This document shows, piece by piece, positions 28,408-37,785 of a stretch of 64,000 nt of DNA. The notes beneath the pieces are model-generated. The model worked only from the letters and a program-made list of their open reading frames with translations, did not search any database and was not told the DNA's origin. This DNA is from Clostridia bacterium. Lineage in GTDB: Bacteria > Bacillota > Clostridia > UBA1212. Location of the stretch: positions 578 through 64,577 of the forward strand of contig JAZPZG010000081.1 in assembly GCA_045544575.1 (NCBI GenBank), written 5' to 3'. The position numbers were made by a program, and so were the translations under genes. Position 1 is the first letter of the stretch; each line of letters opens with the position of its first letter.

Positions 28408-30756
28408 ATGAAATGTAAACTGATTGCATGTGATATGGACGGGACATTACTTGACTCGAACCACGTCATTTCGCAAAAAAACATTGATGCCGTAAAACGA
28501 TGCAGCGAAAAAGGAATTAAGTTTGTGCTTTGTACGGGAAGACCCGTTCAGGCGATTGAGTCGTTTCGGGCAGAGCTTGGCCTTAATACACCTGTTATAG
28601 CATATAACGGAAGCAAGATAGTTGATCCCGAAAGCAACGAGGATCTTTATTGTGAGTGTCTGTCTGAAGAAAACGTGGAAAAAATACTGGCTCTTGCAGA
28701 AGAAAACGAGTCTGTCGTAACTGTCTGGGCAGATGATAAGCTATACATTAATAAAACCACCACGGCATCGAAGCTTTATGCAAAGCTTGCAAATGAAACT
28801 CCTGTGGCGTTCGATTTAGCAGACAGGGAGCTTTTTAGAGGAAAGAAGATCAATAAGATTCTATGGATACAAACCGCTGAGGAAGCAGCGCGATTGCTTC
28901 CCTCTTTAAAAAGTGCGCTTCCTTCGGATGTAAGCTGCTTTACCTCGAATCCGGAATATATTGAATTTGTAAACTCGAAGGTATCAAAGGGCAGGGCACT
29001 TTCTATGCTTTGTAAAAAGCTTGGAATAGACGTGAATGAGACGGTTGCGATAGGTGACGGTGAGAACGACATTGATTTGCTAAAAACTGCGGGCATGGGT
29101 ATTGCCGTGGCGAATGCATCAGATAACGTAAAAAAAGCGGCGGATAAGATTACTTCGTCAAATGACGAGAACGGTGTTGCGAGAGTAATTTACGCAATAA
29201 CGAAATCAAAGAAAAAGTCAGTTGATTCAAAGCCTGCACTTACAAGAAAGCAACGAGAAAAACTAAATGCGGAAATTCGCGCAAAAAGAAGGCGCAAAAA
29301 GGCTGAATATATTGATATAAAGGGTATTTTTAAACCATCTGTTATAATAATGTCGGTGCTTATAATGGTTTTATCGTTTGTTGCACTGAAGCTTATCGTA
29401 GACGGTATTGCTTTGCGTAACAATAAGTCTGCACTTACAGGTGACAGTATCTTGGGTGAAAGCAATTATAACGCAGGGAATACGGACTTTGAGGTAAAGG
29501 ACATAAAAGAAATATCACAGGGCCTCGCCACTCTTAAGTCTACGCACACCGAATGGACAAACTTTGCAGACGACCCCCAACAAAACGGCTTCTTTTGCAT
29601 TGCAACAGGCAGTGCAGATAAAAGATTGGTATATAATCTTGATCCGAAAAACATTTGTAATATGGGATATTCCTTGTCGGATTTTAAGTACATTTGGGTT
29701 GACTCCGTGAACACGGGCTTTTATGCCGTTATTAATATTCCGGGAGAAGTCGTTGACCTAACGGATTATTATATTTTGGTGCACAATGACACCGGAAATC
29801 TTGCATCAAGACTTATTATTAATTGCTATGAGGCTCGTGTCGTAAAATTAAAGAATACGATTTTAACAGGCACGTTGCTTGCTCCCGATGCAACGGTTGA
29901 ATACGACGGAACATCGGTGTACGGACAGGTTTATGCCAATGCGTATACGGGCACTCGTTCATTTTATAAAGATATTCCTTTCGGAGGATATTCCATTGTG
30001 ATTGAGGAAATCGGAGCAGTGGATTTTATGAACGTTGCAATACGAGCTAACGTATTAAAGTGGCTTAAGGAAAATTATCCCGAGATCTATGCGGGTCATT
30101 CGGATGATTACAGACTTAACACCGTAGATCTTACCTATGTTACGGAATTGATTCTGGATGACGTTATGATTGCCGATTTGGGTGATGACTTAAAGTATTT
30201 CAAGAACCTTAAAAAGCTTTCCGTTAAAAGAACGAAGATGACATCCCTTGACGTAAGCTTCATAAGTGAGCTTGAGGAGCTGGATATTTCGGAAACTGAA
30301 ATTTCGGAGGTTACCTTTGCAAAAAATAATTCTCTTAAGGTATTAAAAGCAGACAGAACAAAGCTTGCAGAGCTTGATATGTCTCTGCTTGAAGGCCTTA
30401 AAGAACTAAGCATTTCGGAAAATAACTTTACCGTGATGCCCGACGTATACAGTCTTGTAAACCTTACCGTGCTCAACGTAAGTAAAAATAAGTGTATAAC
30501 CTCTTTTGAGTTCAGCTCTCTTGCAAAATTGGAGAAGCTCAATATAAGTGAGTGTTCTCTGACTGAGCTTAATTTAAACGGAGCTAAGGCGCTTAAAGAA
30601 CTTCATTGCAGCTATAATTCCATACGTGAGCTTGACCTTACACCTGCAGGCTCCTTGACGTACTGTGAGGCATACGGTACTTCTTTTAAGAGCATTAATG
30701 CGGCAGGTATGAACGTAAGGGTTTCGTGCCATGAAAATGCAACCGTGATAAAATAA
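28408..30756 (+). CDS. Cof-type HAD-IIB phosphatase fused via a TM segment to a C-terminal leucine-rich-repeat (LRR) domain
   Basis: aa 1-265: HAD motif I DMDGTLLD, Cof-type cap, and motif III GDGENDIDLL. aa 270-330: basic linker (RKQREKLNAEIRAKRRRKK) and transmembrane helix IIMSVLIMVLSFVALKLIV. aa 560-782: at least eight LRRs (LKKLSVKRTKMTSLDVSFISELEELDISETEISEV...LKELHCSYNSIRELDL). Confidence 0.7.
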   Translation: MKCKLIACDMDGTLLDSNHVISQKNIDAVKRCSEKGIKFVLCTGRPVQAIESFRAELGLNTPVIAYNGSKIVDPESNEDLYCECLSEENVEKILALAEENESVVTVWADDKLYINKTTTASKLYAKLANETPVAFDLADRELFRGKKINKILWIQTAEEAARLLPSLKSALPSDVSCFTSNPEYIEFVNSKVSKGRALSMLCKKLGIDVNETVAIGDGENDIDLLKTAGMGIAVANASDNVKKAADKITSSNDENGVARVIYAITKSKKKSVDSKPALTRKQREKLNAEIRAKRRRKKAEYIDIKGIFKPSVIIMSVLIMVLSFVALKLIVDGIALRNNKSALTGDSILGESNYNAGNTDFEVKDIKEISQGLATLKSTHTEWTNFADDPQQNGFFCIATGSADKRLVYNLDPKNICNMGYSLSDFKYIWVDSVNTGFYAVINIPGEVVDLTDYYILVHNDTGNLASRLIINCYEARVVKLKNTILTGTLLAPDATVEYDGTSVYGQVYANAYTGTRSFYKDIPFGGYSIVIEEIGAVDFMNVAIRANVLKWLKENYPEIYAGHSDDYRLNTVDLTYVTELILDDVMIADLGDDLKYFKNLKKLSVKRTKMTSLDVSFISELEELDISETEISEVTFAKNNSLKVLKADRTKLAELDMSLLEGLKELSISENNFTVMPDVYSLVNLTVLNVSKNKCITSFEFSSLAKLEKLNISECSLTELNLNGAKALKELHCSYNSIRELDLTPAGSLTYCEAYGTSFKSINAAGMNVRVSCHENATVIK

Positions 30757-30825
30757 TACGCAAGAAAATCGAAAAGTTATTATTTGTGACACTTCGGCAT
30801 AAGTTTTTGTATAGTTTATGCCGGG

Positions 30826-32469
30826 GTGTTTTATTTGCAAAAGTATAAATCCGGAAAGCAAGGCGAAAGCTTTATATCGGGCGCTTTTAAACTGACGGTG
30901 GCCGGGATTATCGTGAGAATAATGGGCTTTGTAAACCGTATCTTTATGTCGAATCTTATAGGTGCGGAGGGCATGGGACTGTATCAGCTTACGTTTCCCG
31001 TGTATTCACTTATAATATTGACACTGACATCGGGAGTATCAGTTACGGTTTCCGGTCTTACCGCAAAGTATAAAGCGGCAGGAAGGCTTGATGCATGCAG
31101 AGGCTGTGCAGGAGCGGGCTTTGCATTACTGCTTGCGGCAGGCGGCGTTTGCGGTGCTGTAATGGCGGCATTTGCACGTCCGATAGCAGTTAACATATTG
31201 GGAGATTCAAGAACGGCACTTTCTATAGCACTTCTGTCTCCATGTATTCCGATTGTTGCATCTGCCTCCGCAATCAAGGGCTATTTTTACGGCATGTCCA
31301 AGGTGACGCCTACTGCAATATCACAAATTGTTGAACAGATAGTGCGAATTGGATTTATATTTATTTTTGCAGGTGCAATAGCGAAAACTGATTTAACTAA
31401 TGCCTGTGCGATTATAACGTTGTCGTCTGCGGTTGGTGAGATGGCAAACCTGCTTGTTGTAATGATTGCCTTTTGCACAGAGCAGGGGGCTTTTAAGAAA
31501 AAAAGAGCACGCAAGGAACGGCAAGGTTCGTTTGGAAGAGATATGTCATCGATAATAAAGTCATCCTTGCCGATTTCGGCAGGTAGGTTTGTTACTTCGA
31601 TGATAGGAACGGTGGAGGCGATAATGCTTCCTGCTCGCTTTTTAAAAGGAGGACTTAACTATACGGACAGTCTTTCAATGTTGGGGAGACTGAGCGGTAT
31701 GGCAATGCCTCTTATAATGTTTCCTTCCGTAGTTACTTCCGCAGTTGCAACTACACTTGTTCCTGCAATAAGCTCTGCCGTAAGTGTAAACAACATGAAG
31801 CTTGCTCGCAAGAGAATATCTCGCAGCATTATTCTTAGTTTGACAATGGGTTTTTTCTTTTTTTCTTTTTTCTTTGTTTTCGGTGATTCGTTGGGTGAAT
31901 TGCTTTACGACGGAGAAAACGTGGGAATACTGCTAAAGGAAATGTCAATTTTTTGTGTACTTTTGTATTTGCAACAGACGATGTCAGGTGTTTTAAACGG
32001 CCTTGACAGACAAAAAGAGGCTCTTGTGAGCACTCTCCTTGGATCGGTCGCTCGTCTTTGTACAATTTGGTTTGCGGTTCCGACGTTTGGGGTAGACGGA
32101 TATATTGCCGGAATGCTTTTCGGAACGGTTATTACCTGTACGATAAATTTGTGTTGTATAATTAAATGTACACGCATACCTTTTATGCCGGTTAAGTGGC
32201 TTGCAATGCCCGCAATGCCTGCTGTTGCAATGGCTTCTGCGGGGAGCCTTGTCCTGGGCTGCTTTCCGGATACGTCGTCAAACCTGATTTTATGGTGTTT
32301 TGCCGTCGGGGTGTCTGCGGCAGTGTGGCTTACAGTAATGTTTCTTACGGGACAGTTGAATTTTGGCATGGGTTGTGGTATAATTTGTCGGAGGGCGTCT
32401 GTTCGCCCGAAAGAAGGAGGAATTGCAGTTGCGACCCAGACCGAAAAAGAATTTAAAATCAAGAATTGA
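30826..32469 (+). CDS. spoVB: Stage V sporulation protein B-like MOP-superfamily polysaccharide/lipid II flippase
   Basis: GTG start. 14-TM MOP/MVF flippase architecture with a SpoVB-like N-terminus (ISGAFKLTVAGIIVRIMGFVNRIFMSNLIGAEGMGLYQLTFP). Confidence 0.6.
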   Translation: MFYLQKYKSGKQGESFISGAFKLTVAGIIVRIMGFVNRIFMSNLIGAEGMGLYQLTFPVYSLIILTLTSGVSVTVSGLTAKYKAAGRLDACRGCAGAGFALLLAAGGVCGAVMAAFARPIAVNILGDSRTALSIALLSPCIPIVASASAIKGYFYGMSKVTPTAISQIVEQIVRIGFIFIFAGAIAKTDLTNACAIITLSSAVGEMANLLVVMIAFCTEQGAFKKKRARKERQGSFGRDMSSIIKSSLPISAGRFVTSMIGTVEAIMLPARFLKGGLNYTDSLSMLGRLSGMAMPLIMFPSVVTSAVATTLVPAISSAVSVNNMKLARKRISRSIILSLTMGFFFFSFFFVFGDSLGELLYDGENVGILLKEMSIFCVLLYLQQTMSGVLNGLDRQKEALVSTLLGSVARLCTIWFAVPTFGVDGYIAGMLFGTVITCTINLCCIIKCTRIPFMPVKWLAMPAMPAVAMASAGSLVLGCFPDTSSNLILWCFAVGVSAAVWLTVMFLTGQLNFGMGCGIICRRASVRPKEGGIAVATQTEKEFKIKN

Positions 32470-33175
32470 GAAGTGTTCTTTTTTACTTGTAAACAGCCCT
32501 GAAGAAAGAAAAGGTGCATGGAAAGGCGACAAGAAGGAGCTTCATCTTGAGATTGGTTGCGGAAAAGGAAACTTTATATGCGGAATGGCAGCGAAAAATC
32601 CGGACATAATGTTTGTAGGCGTAGAATGTGTTGAAAACGTTATTGTAACGGCGATGGAAAAGGCTGCCGCAGCAGGACTTACCAACGTTGCGTTTATATG
32701 CGGAAACGCACGTTATCTCGGGGATTATTTTGAGACGGGAGAAATTTCACGTATATATCTTAATTTCAGCGATCCGTGGCCAAAGTCCAAGCACGAAAAG
32801 AATCGACTTACGAGTGAGACTTTTATGCCGCTTTATATAAAGCTCTTAAAGGAACGTGGCTGTATTTTTCAGAAGACTGACAACAGGGAGCTGTTTGACT
32901 ATTCTCTGGAGGTTTATCGAAACTTCGGATGTGTACTGCACAACGTCACGTTTGACCTTCATTCCGAACCCGATTACAGCGAAAACGGCGGAATTGATAA
33001 TGTTGTTACCGAATATGAGGCGCGTTTTGTGGGTTTAGGTGTTCCGATATGCAGAGCAGAAATTGAAATGCCGGACAAAAACTTGCTTGCAGATAAGATC
33101 GCCGAATGTGAGGCAGCTCTTGCAAGACGTAATGAGGCTACCGAAAAGGGTAAATTGCGATTTAAAAATGATTAA
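32429..33175 (+). CDS. trmB: tRNA (guanine46-N7)-methyltransferase
   Basis: LEIGCGKGNF SAM-binding motif, NFSDPWPK and EYE motifs. TTG start at 32429 sits 8 nt after AGGAGG; the TTG at 32423 is too close to the RBS. Confidence 0.85.
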   Translation: MRPRPKKNLKSRIEKCSFLLVNSPEERKGAWKGDKKELHLEIGCGKGNFICGMAAKNPDIMFVGVECVENVIVTAMEKAAAAGLTNVAFICGNARYLGDYFETGEISRIYLNFSDPWPKSKHEKNRLTSETFMPLYIKLLKERGCIFQKTDNRELFDYSLEVYRNFGCVLHNVTFDLHSEPDYSENGGIDNVVTEYEARFVGLGVPICRAEIEMPDKNLLADKIAECEAALARRNEATEKGKLRFKND

Positions 33176-33233
33176 GAAGATAAAGCTTTTTAATATAATT
33201 ATAATAATATAAACAGAAAAGAGGATTTTAAAA

Positions 33234-33614
33234 ATGGATTATTTAGAGGCAGCGGCAATATTGGGACAGGCTTTGCTTGACAGCGGAGAATATAAGCAGT
33301 TTAAGGATGCGGAGAATGCTCTCCTTACAGATCCAAAGGCTCAGCAGATAATAATGGAGCATAAAGAGCTTCAGGATGAGATGGTTGAAGCTTCCAGAAA
33401 CGATATGGACAAGGAAACTCTTGAAAAAATCAGAGACACTTTGCTTGCAAAGCAGAAAGAATTAAACGAGTATGAGGTTACAAAGCAGTACCTCAAGGCT
33501 AAGCAGGGCTTTGAGCTTATGATGAAGAGCGTTAACGGTGTTCTTGAACACTTTCTTTCCGGCGGAGATTCTTCCTGCTCCGGTTCGTGCAGCAGCTGCA
33601 GCGGTTGCCACTGA
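33234..33614 (+). CDS. YlbF/YmcA family regulatory protein with Cys-rich C-terminal tail
   Basis: YlbF-like helical core (LGQALLDSGEYKQFKDAENALLTDPKAQQIIMEHKELQ). Ends in SCSGSCSSCSGCH, six Cys in 12 residues. Confidence 0.6.
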   Translation: MDYLEAAAILGQALLDSGEYKQFKDAENALLTDPKAQQIIMEHKELQDEMVEASRNDMDKETLEKIRDTLLAKQKELNEYEVTKQYLKAKQGFELMMKSVNGVLEHFLSGGDSSCSGSCSSCSGCH

Positions 33615-33637
33615 TTATTATTTGAGAGAGGACGGCT

Positions 33638-36265
33638 GTGAAAATGGGTGAACTTACGCCTATGATGAAGCAATACCTTGAGATAAAGAAAAAAAGCGGC
33701 GATTGCTTGCTTTTTTTCCGTCTGGGGGATTTTTATGAGATGTTTTTTGAAGATGCCAAAATTGCTTCACGAGAACTTGAACTTGTTCTTACCGGGAGAG
33801 ATTGCGGTCTTGAGGAGCGCGCACCGATGTGCGGTATACCTTACCATGCTTCAATGACGTACATCAGTCGTCTTATCGCAAAAGGGTATAAGGTCGCTAT
33901 ATGCGAGCAATTGGAAGACCCTGCAGCGGCAAAAGGAATTGTAAAAAGAGACATTATTAAAATTTATACTCCCGGAACGGTTACGGATGACCGTATGCTT
34001 GAGCAAAAGGCAAACAACTACATCGGTTGCGTGTACGGGTATAACAGGCTTTACGGTCTTGCAGTTGCAGATATTTCCACAGGTGAGATGCGTTATACCT
34101 CTATGACTATCGGAAATACTCTCGTTCACCTTACCGACGAGCTTGCAAAATATGCACCGCGTGAGCTTATTATCAACGAGAGCGCAAGGGATGCTGAAAA
34201 AATCAAAAATGCCGTTAAAAATATATCTTCGGCATTTGTTTCAGCACTTCCCGATGAAGTGTTCGGGGAGGAAGAAGGAAAAAACAGACTGCTTGCCATT
34301 ACAAAGGGAAAGCTTGATAAGGCTGCGGGAGAACAGGCGATAAGGGCGGCGGGTGCGCTTCTTTATTACATGGAGGATACCCAGAAAATCGACCTTGACG
34401 GAGTCATAAGACCTGAGTTTTACCGTGCAAATGAATTTATGTCAATTGACTCTTCTTCGAGAAGAAACCTGGAGCTTACCGAGACAATGCGCGATAAGTC
34501 AAAGCGCGGCTCCCTTCTTTGGGTGCTTGACAAAACCGTAACTGCCATGGGCGGCAGGTGTCTGAAGCAATGGGTAGAACAGCCCTTGATAGATCTTGAT
34601 GCAATAAAGGCAAGGCATGATGCTGTTGAAGATCTGTATTCGCAGTTTATGCTTCGCAGCGAAATAAGAGAGCTGATGCAGGGCGTGTACGATTTGGAGA
34701 GACTTGCCGGCAGAATTTCTTTGGGAACGGTAAATGCACGTGACCTTGTTTCCGTAAAAAATTCGCTTTGCAAGGTCCCCTATATAAAGAATCTTTTAAA
34801 AAATACAAAAACCGATTTTTTAAGGGAACTATGCGATAATCTTGATGAGCTTCCCGATATATGTGCCCTTCTTGACGAGGCGATAATAGATGATCCTCCG
34901 ATTCTTATAAAAGAAGGCGGTATCATAAAAGACGGATTTGATGCCGAAATTGACAGGTGCAGAGAGGCTTCTAAAAACGGAAAGCTTTGGCTTGCAGAGC
35001 TTGAAGCGAAGGAAAAAGAAGAGACGGGAATTAAGAATTTAAAAATAGGATATAACCGTGTGTTCGGATATTTTATCGAGGTAACAAAGTCGCAGCTTTC
35101 GCTTGTTCCCGAACGATACATAAGAAAGCAGACTCTTGCCAACAACGAGCGCTATATTACCGAGGAACTCAAAAATATGGAGGACACCATTTTGGGCGCC
35201 GAGGAAAGGCTTGTGGGCTTGGAATACGACTGTTTCGTAAAAGTGAGAGAAGCTGCTCTCTTACAGGCTGACAGAATAAAAATAACTGCACACTGTATTG
35301 CTGTCGTTGATACGCTTTGTTCCTTGGCAGAGGTAGCAGAAAGAGAAAATTACTGCAAGCCCGAAATGACGGACGAGCTTATAATAGATATAAAGAACGG
35401 CAGACATCCCGTGGTTGAAAAAATGCCCGGTTGCGATGGCTTCGTTCCAAACGACGGCTTCCTTGATTGCGAGGAAAATATGTTGCTTGTGATTACCGGC
35501 CCTAATATGGCAGGTAAATCCACATATATGCGTCAGACTGCTTTGATCGTTCTTATGGCACAGATAGGAAGCTTCGTGCCTGCTGACAGTGCCAGAATCG
35601 GAGTTGCCGATAAGATATTTACACGTGTCGGTGCATCGGATGACCTTGCGTCGGGACAGAGTACCTTTATGGTGGAGATGCGTGAGGTTGCCAATATTAT
35701 AGAAAATGCTACGGAAAGAAGTCTGCTTATTCTTGATGAAATAGGCAGAGGTACAAGTACCTTTGACGGACTTTCAATTGCGTGGGCTGTTCTGGAATAT
35801 ATCGTAAATTCAATAAAGAGCAGAACGCTTTTTGCAACTCACTATCATGAGCTTACGGAGCTTGAAGGAAAAATCGGTGCCGTGAAAAATTATTGCGTGG
35901 ACGTAAAAAAGCATGGCGACGATATTGTATTTTTGAGAAAAATAAAGCGCGGTGGCGCTGACGGCAGCTATGGTATTGCCGTTGCTTCACTTGCCGGAAT
36001 TCCAAAGGCGGTTACAATAAGAGCCAAGGAGATTTTATCGCGTCTTGAAGAACAGGATATCGGTCGCAAGGAAATGCGTTCCGTTTCAAAAAAATCACGC
36101 GGAAACGGTGAGGGTGAGCTTGATTTGTTTGCTTATGCTACCACCACGGCAATGCTTGATGATATTGTGGAGGAGCTTAAAGGTCTTGACGTTCAGGCGA
36201 TGACACCTATTGAGTGTATGAACGTTCTTTACGGACTTCAGCAAAGAGCGAAGAACAGGCGCTGA
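33638..36265 (+). CDS. mutS: DNA mismatch repair protein MutS
   Basis: TPMMKQYLEIK N-terminus, Walker A GPNMAGKST, and the TH/FATHYHELT motif. 875 aa. Confidence 0.9.
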   Translation: MKMGELTPMMKQYLEIKKKSGDCLLFFRLGDFYEMFFEDAKIASRELELVLTGRDCGLEERAPMCGIPYHASMTYISRLIAKGYKVAICEQLEDPAAAKGIVKRDIIKIYTPGTVTDDRMLEQKANNYIGCVYGYNRLYGLAVADISTGEMRYTSMTIGNTLVHLTDELAKYAPRELIINESARDAEKIKNAVKNISSAFVSALPDEVFGEEEGKNRLLAITKGKLDKAAGEQAIRAAGALLYYMEDTQKIDLDGVIRPEFYRANEFMSIDSSSRRNLELTETMRDKSKRGSLLWVLDKTVTAMGGRCLKQWVEQPLIDLDAIKARHDAVEDLYSQFMLRSEIRELMQGVYDLERLAGRISLGTVNARDLVSVKNSLCKVPYIKNLLKNTKTDFLRELCDNLDELPDICALLDEAIIDDPPILIKEGGIIKDGFDAEIDRCREASKNGKLWLAELEAKEKEETGIKNLKIGYNRVFGYFIEVTKSQLSLVPERYIRKQTLANNERYITEELKNMEDTILGAEERLVGLEYDCFVKVREAALLQADRIKITAHCIAVVDTLCSLAEVAERENYCKPEMTDELIIDIKNGRHPVVEKMPGCDGFVPNDGFLDCEENMLLVITGPNMAGKSTYMRQTALIVLMAQIGSFVPADSARIGVADKIFTRVGASDDLASGQSTFMVEMREVANIIENATERSLLILDEIGRGTSTFDGLSIAWAVLEYIVNSIKSRTLFATHYHELTELEGKIGAVKNYCVDVKKHGDDIVFLRKIKRGGADGSYGIAVASLAGIPKAVTIRAKEILSRLEEQDIGRKEMRSVSKKSRGNGEGELDLFAYATTTAMLDDIVEELKGLDVQAMTPIECMNVLYGLQQRAKNRR

Positions 36266-36309
36266 GACAGGTTTAATGCCGCTTCTTCTCTGACAGGGGG
36301 AATAAAATT

Positions 36310-37743
36310 ATGAGTTCACAAAAATCAAAAACAAAAGAGCTTTTTACAATCTGCAGTGATTTCTTCAAAAGCAGAAAGGCAGAGTGCTTTGTATGCTTTG
36401 CATGCCTTTGTGTGCTTTTCGGAATGTATTTTTCATGGAAAGCGGAGCAAACGGGTATTTCACGTGAATCTGCGCGAGCATCATTGTGGGTAACATTGCT
36501 GTTTGCTGCCTTGGGTGTGATTTTTGTTTTTAAATGGTTTGCAGATTTCAGGACCGCGGCAAAAGGCGGGGCTTGTAAGGCAAGTGCCGTAGGAAATATT
36601 GAAAAGAGTGACCGAACCGTTGCTTTGACAATATTTTTTACGTGTATCCTGGTAAACGTACTTTTGCTGTTCTTTCAATGTGCTCTGGGATATATTATCG
36701 GGGCATATGGCTCACTTTCAGACGGTTTGTCACGCTTTAATCAGCTTGACAGTGATCAGTATCGTTTTATAGCCGAAGGCTGGTATACAAATAGCGGTGA
36801 TCCCACAACCGACCTTAGGTTGGTTTTCTTTCCCGGTTATCCGATATTGATCCGCATTGCGTACTTTTTTATACGTGATTACATGATGGCGGCTTTGACG
36901 GTATCGCATCTGTGTATGGCGGGAGCGGGCAGCTTTATGTACCTTCTTGTCAGACTTGACTATGATAAAGACACTGCGCTTCGTGCGGTGAAATTTATGT
37001 ATTTGGTTCCTGCCGGATTATTCTTTATAACACCGATGAGTGAATCTGTTTTCTTGTTTGTTACTCTTGCTGCATTGTATTTTTCACGCAGAGGAAATAT
37101 GCTTCCCGCTGTGTGCTTTGGATTCTATGCTGCCTTTACGCGTTCCTTGGGGGTCATCGTAATGGTTCCGATGGTATACGAGCTTATAAAGAAAACTCTT
37201 GAAGAAAGGCCCGTGACAAGAAAAGACCGGGTAAAAAGGGCAGGGGATTTTGCATTGACGTTGGTAGTTCCGGCGGGCCTTGCAAGTTATTTTTTGATTA
37301 ACAAGCTCGTTACGGGCGATGCGTTTAAGTTTATGGAATACCAGAAGGAGCATTGGTATCAGGAGATAGACTACTTTTTCAACACTGCAAGCTATCAGAT
37401 GGCAAATTTTGTCAACAAGATGGATAATGACAGCATACAGGTAGGTTTTGCCCTGTGGGGAATGGGTCTTTGTGCACTCTTCGGTACGCTTATAATGTTT
37501 ATTATTTCGGCAAAGCGTATGCGTGCTTCCTATATAGGGTATTCAATTGTTTACTACGTTATGGCAATGGGTGCGACGTGGCTGCTGAGTGCCCCGAGAT
37601 ATGCCGCTGCAATGTTTACTCTTCCTGTTTCTTTTGCGTTGATTACCAAGAATAAGAAAGTTGACACTGCTGTGACGATTTTACTTACAGCGATATACGT
37701 TATATACACAATAATGTTTGTAAATCGCTGGCAGGTTTGGTGA
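36310..37743 (+). CDS. Polytopic membrane protein, GT-C-like glycosyltransferase candidate
   Basis: At least ten hydrophobic helices, 477 aa. It occupies the position where mutL normally follows mutS. Confidence 0.35.
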   Translation: MSSQKSKTKELFTICSDFFKSRKAECFVCFACLCVLFGMYFSWKAEQTGISRESARASLWVTLLFAALGVIFVFKWFADFRTAAKGGACKASAVGNIEKSDRTVALTIFFTCILVNVLLLFFQCALGYIIGAYGSLSDGLSRFNQLDSDQYRFIAEGWYTNSGDPTTDLRLVFFPGYPILIRIAYFFIRDYMMAALTVSHLCMAGAGSFMYLLVRLDYDKDTALRAVKFMYLVPAGLFFITPMSESVFLFVTLAALYFSRRGNMLPAVCFGFYAAFTRSLGVIVMVPMVYELIKKTLEERPVTRKDRVKRAGDFALTLVVPAGLASYFLINKLVTGDAFKFMEYQKEHWYQEIDYFFNTASYQMANFVNKMDNDSIQVGFALWGMGLCALFGTLIMFIISAKRMRASYIGYSIVYYVMAMGATWLLSAPRYAAAMFTLPVSFALITKNKKVDTAVTILLTAIYVIYTIMFVNRWQVW

Positions 37744-37785
37744 TTTTCGGATTGTTTCAATGATGTATCATAGGAGGGCTTGATT

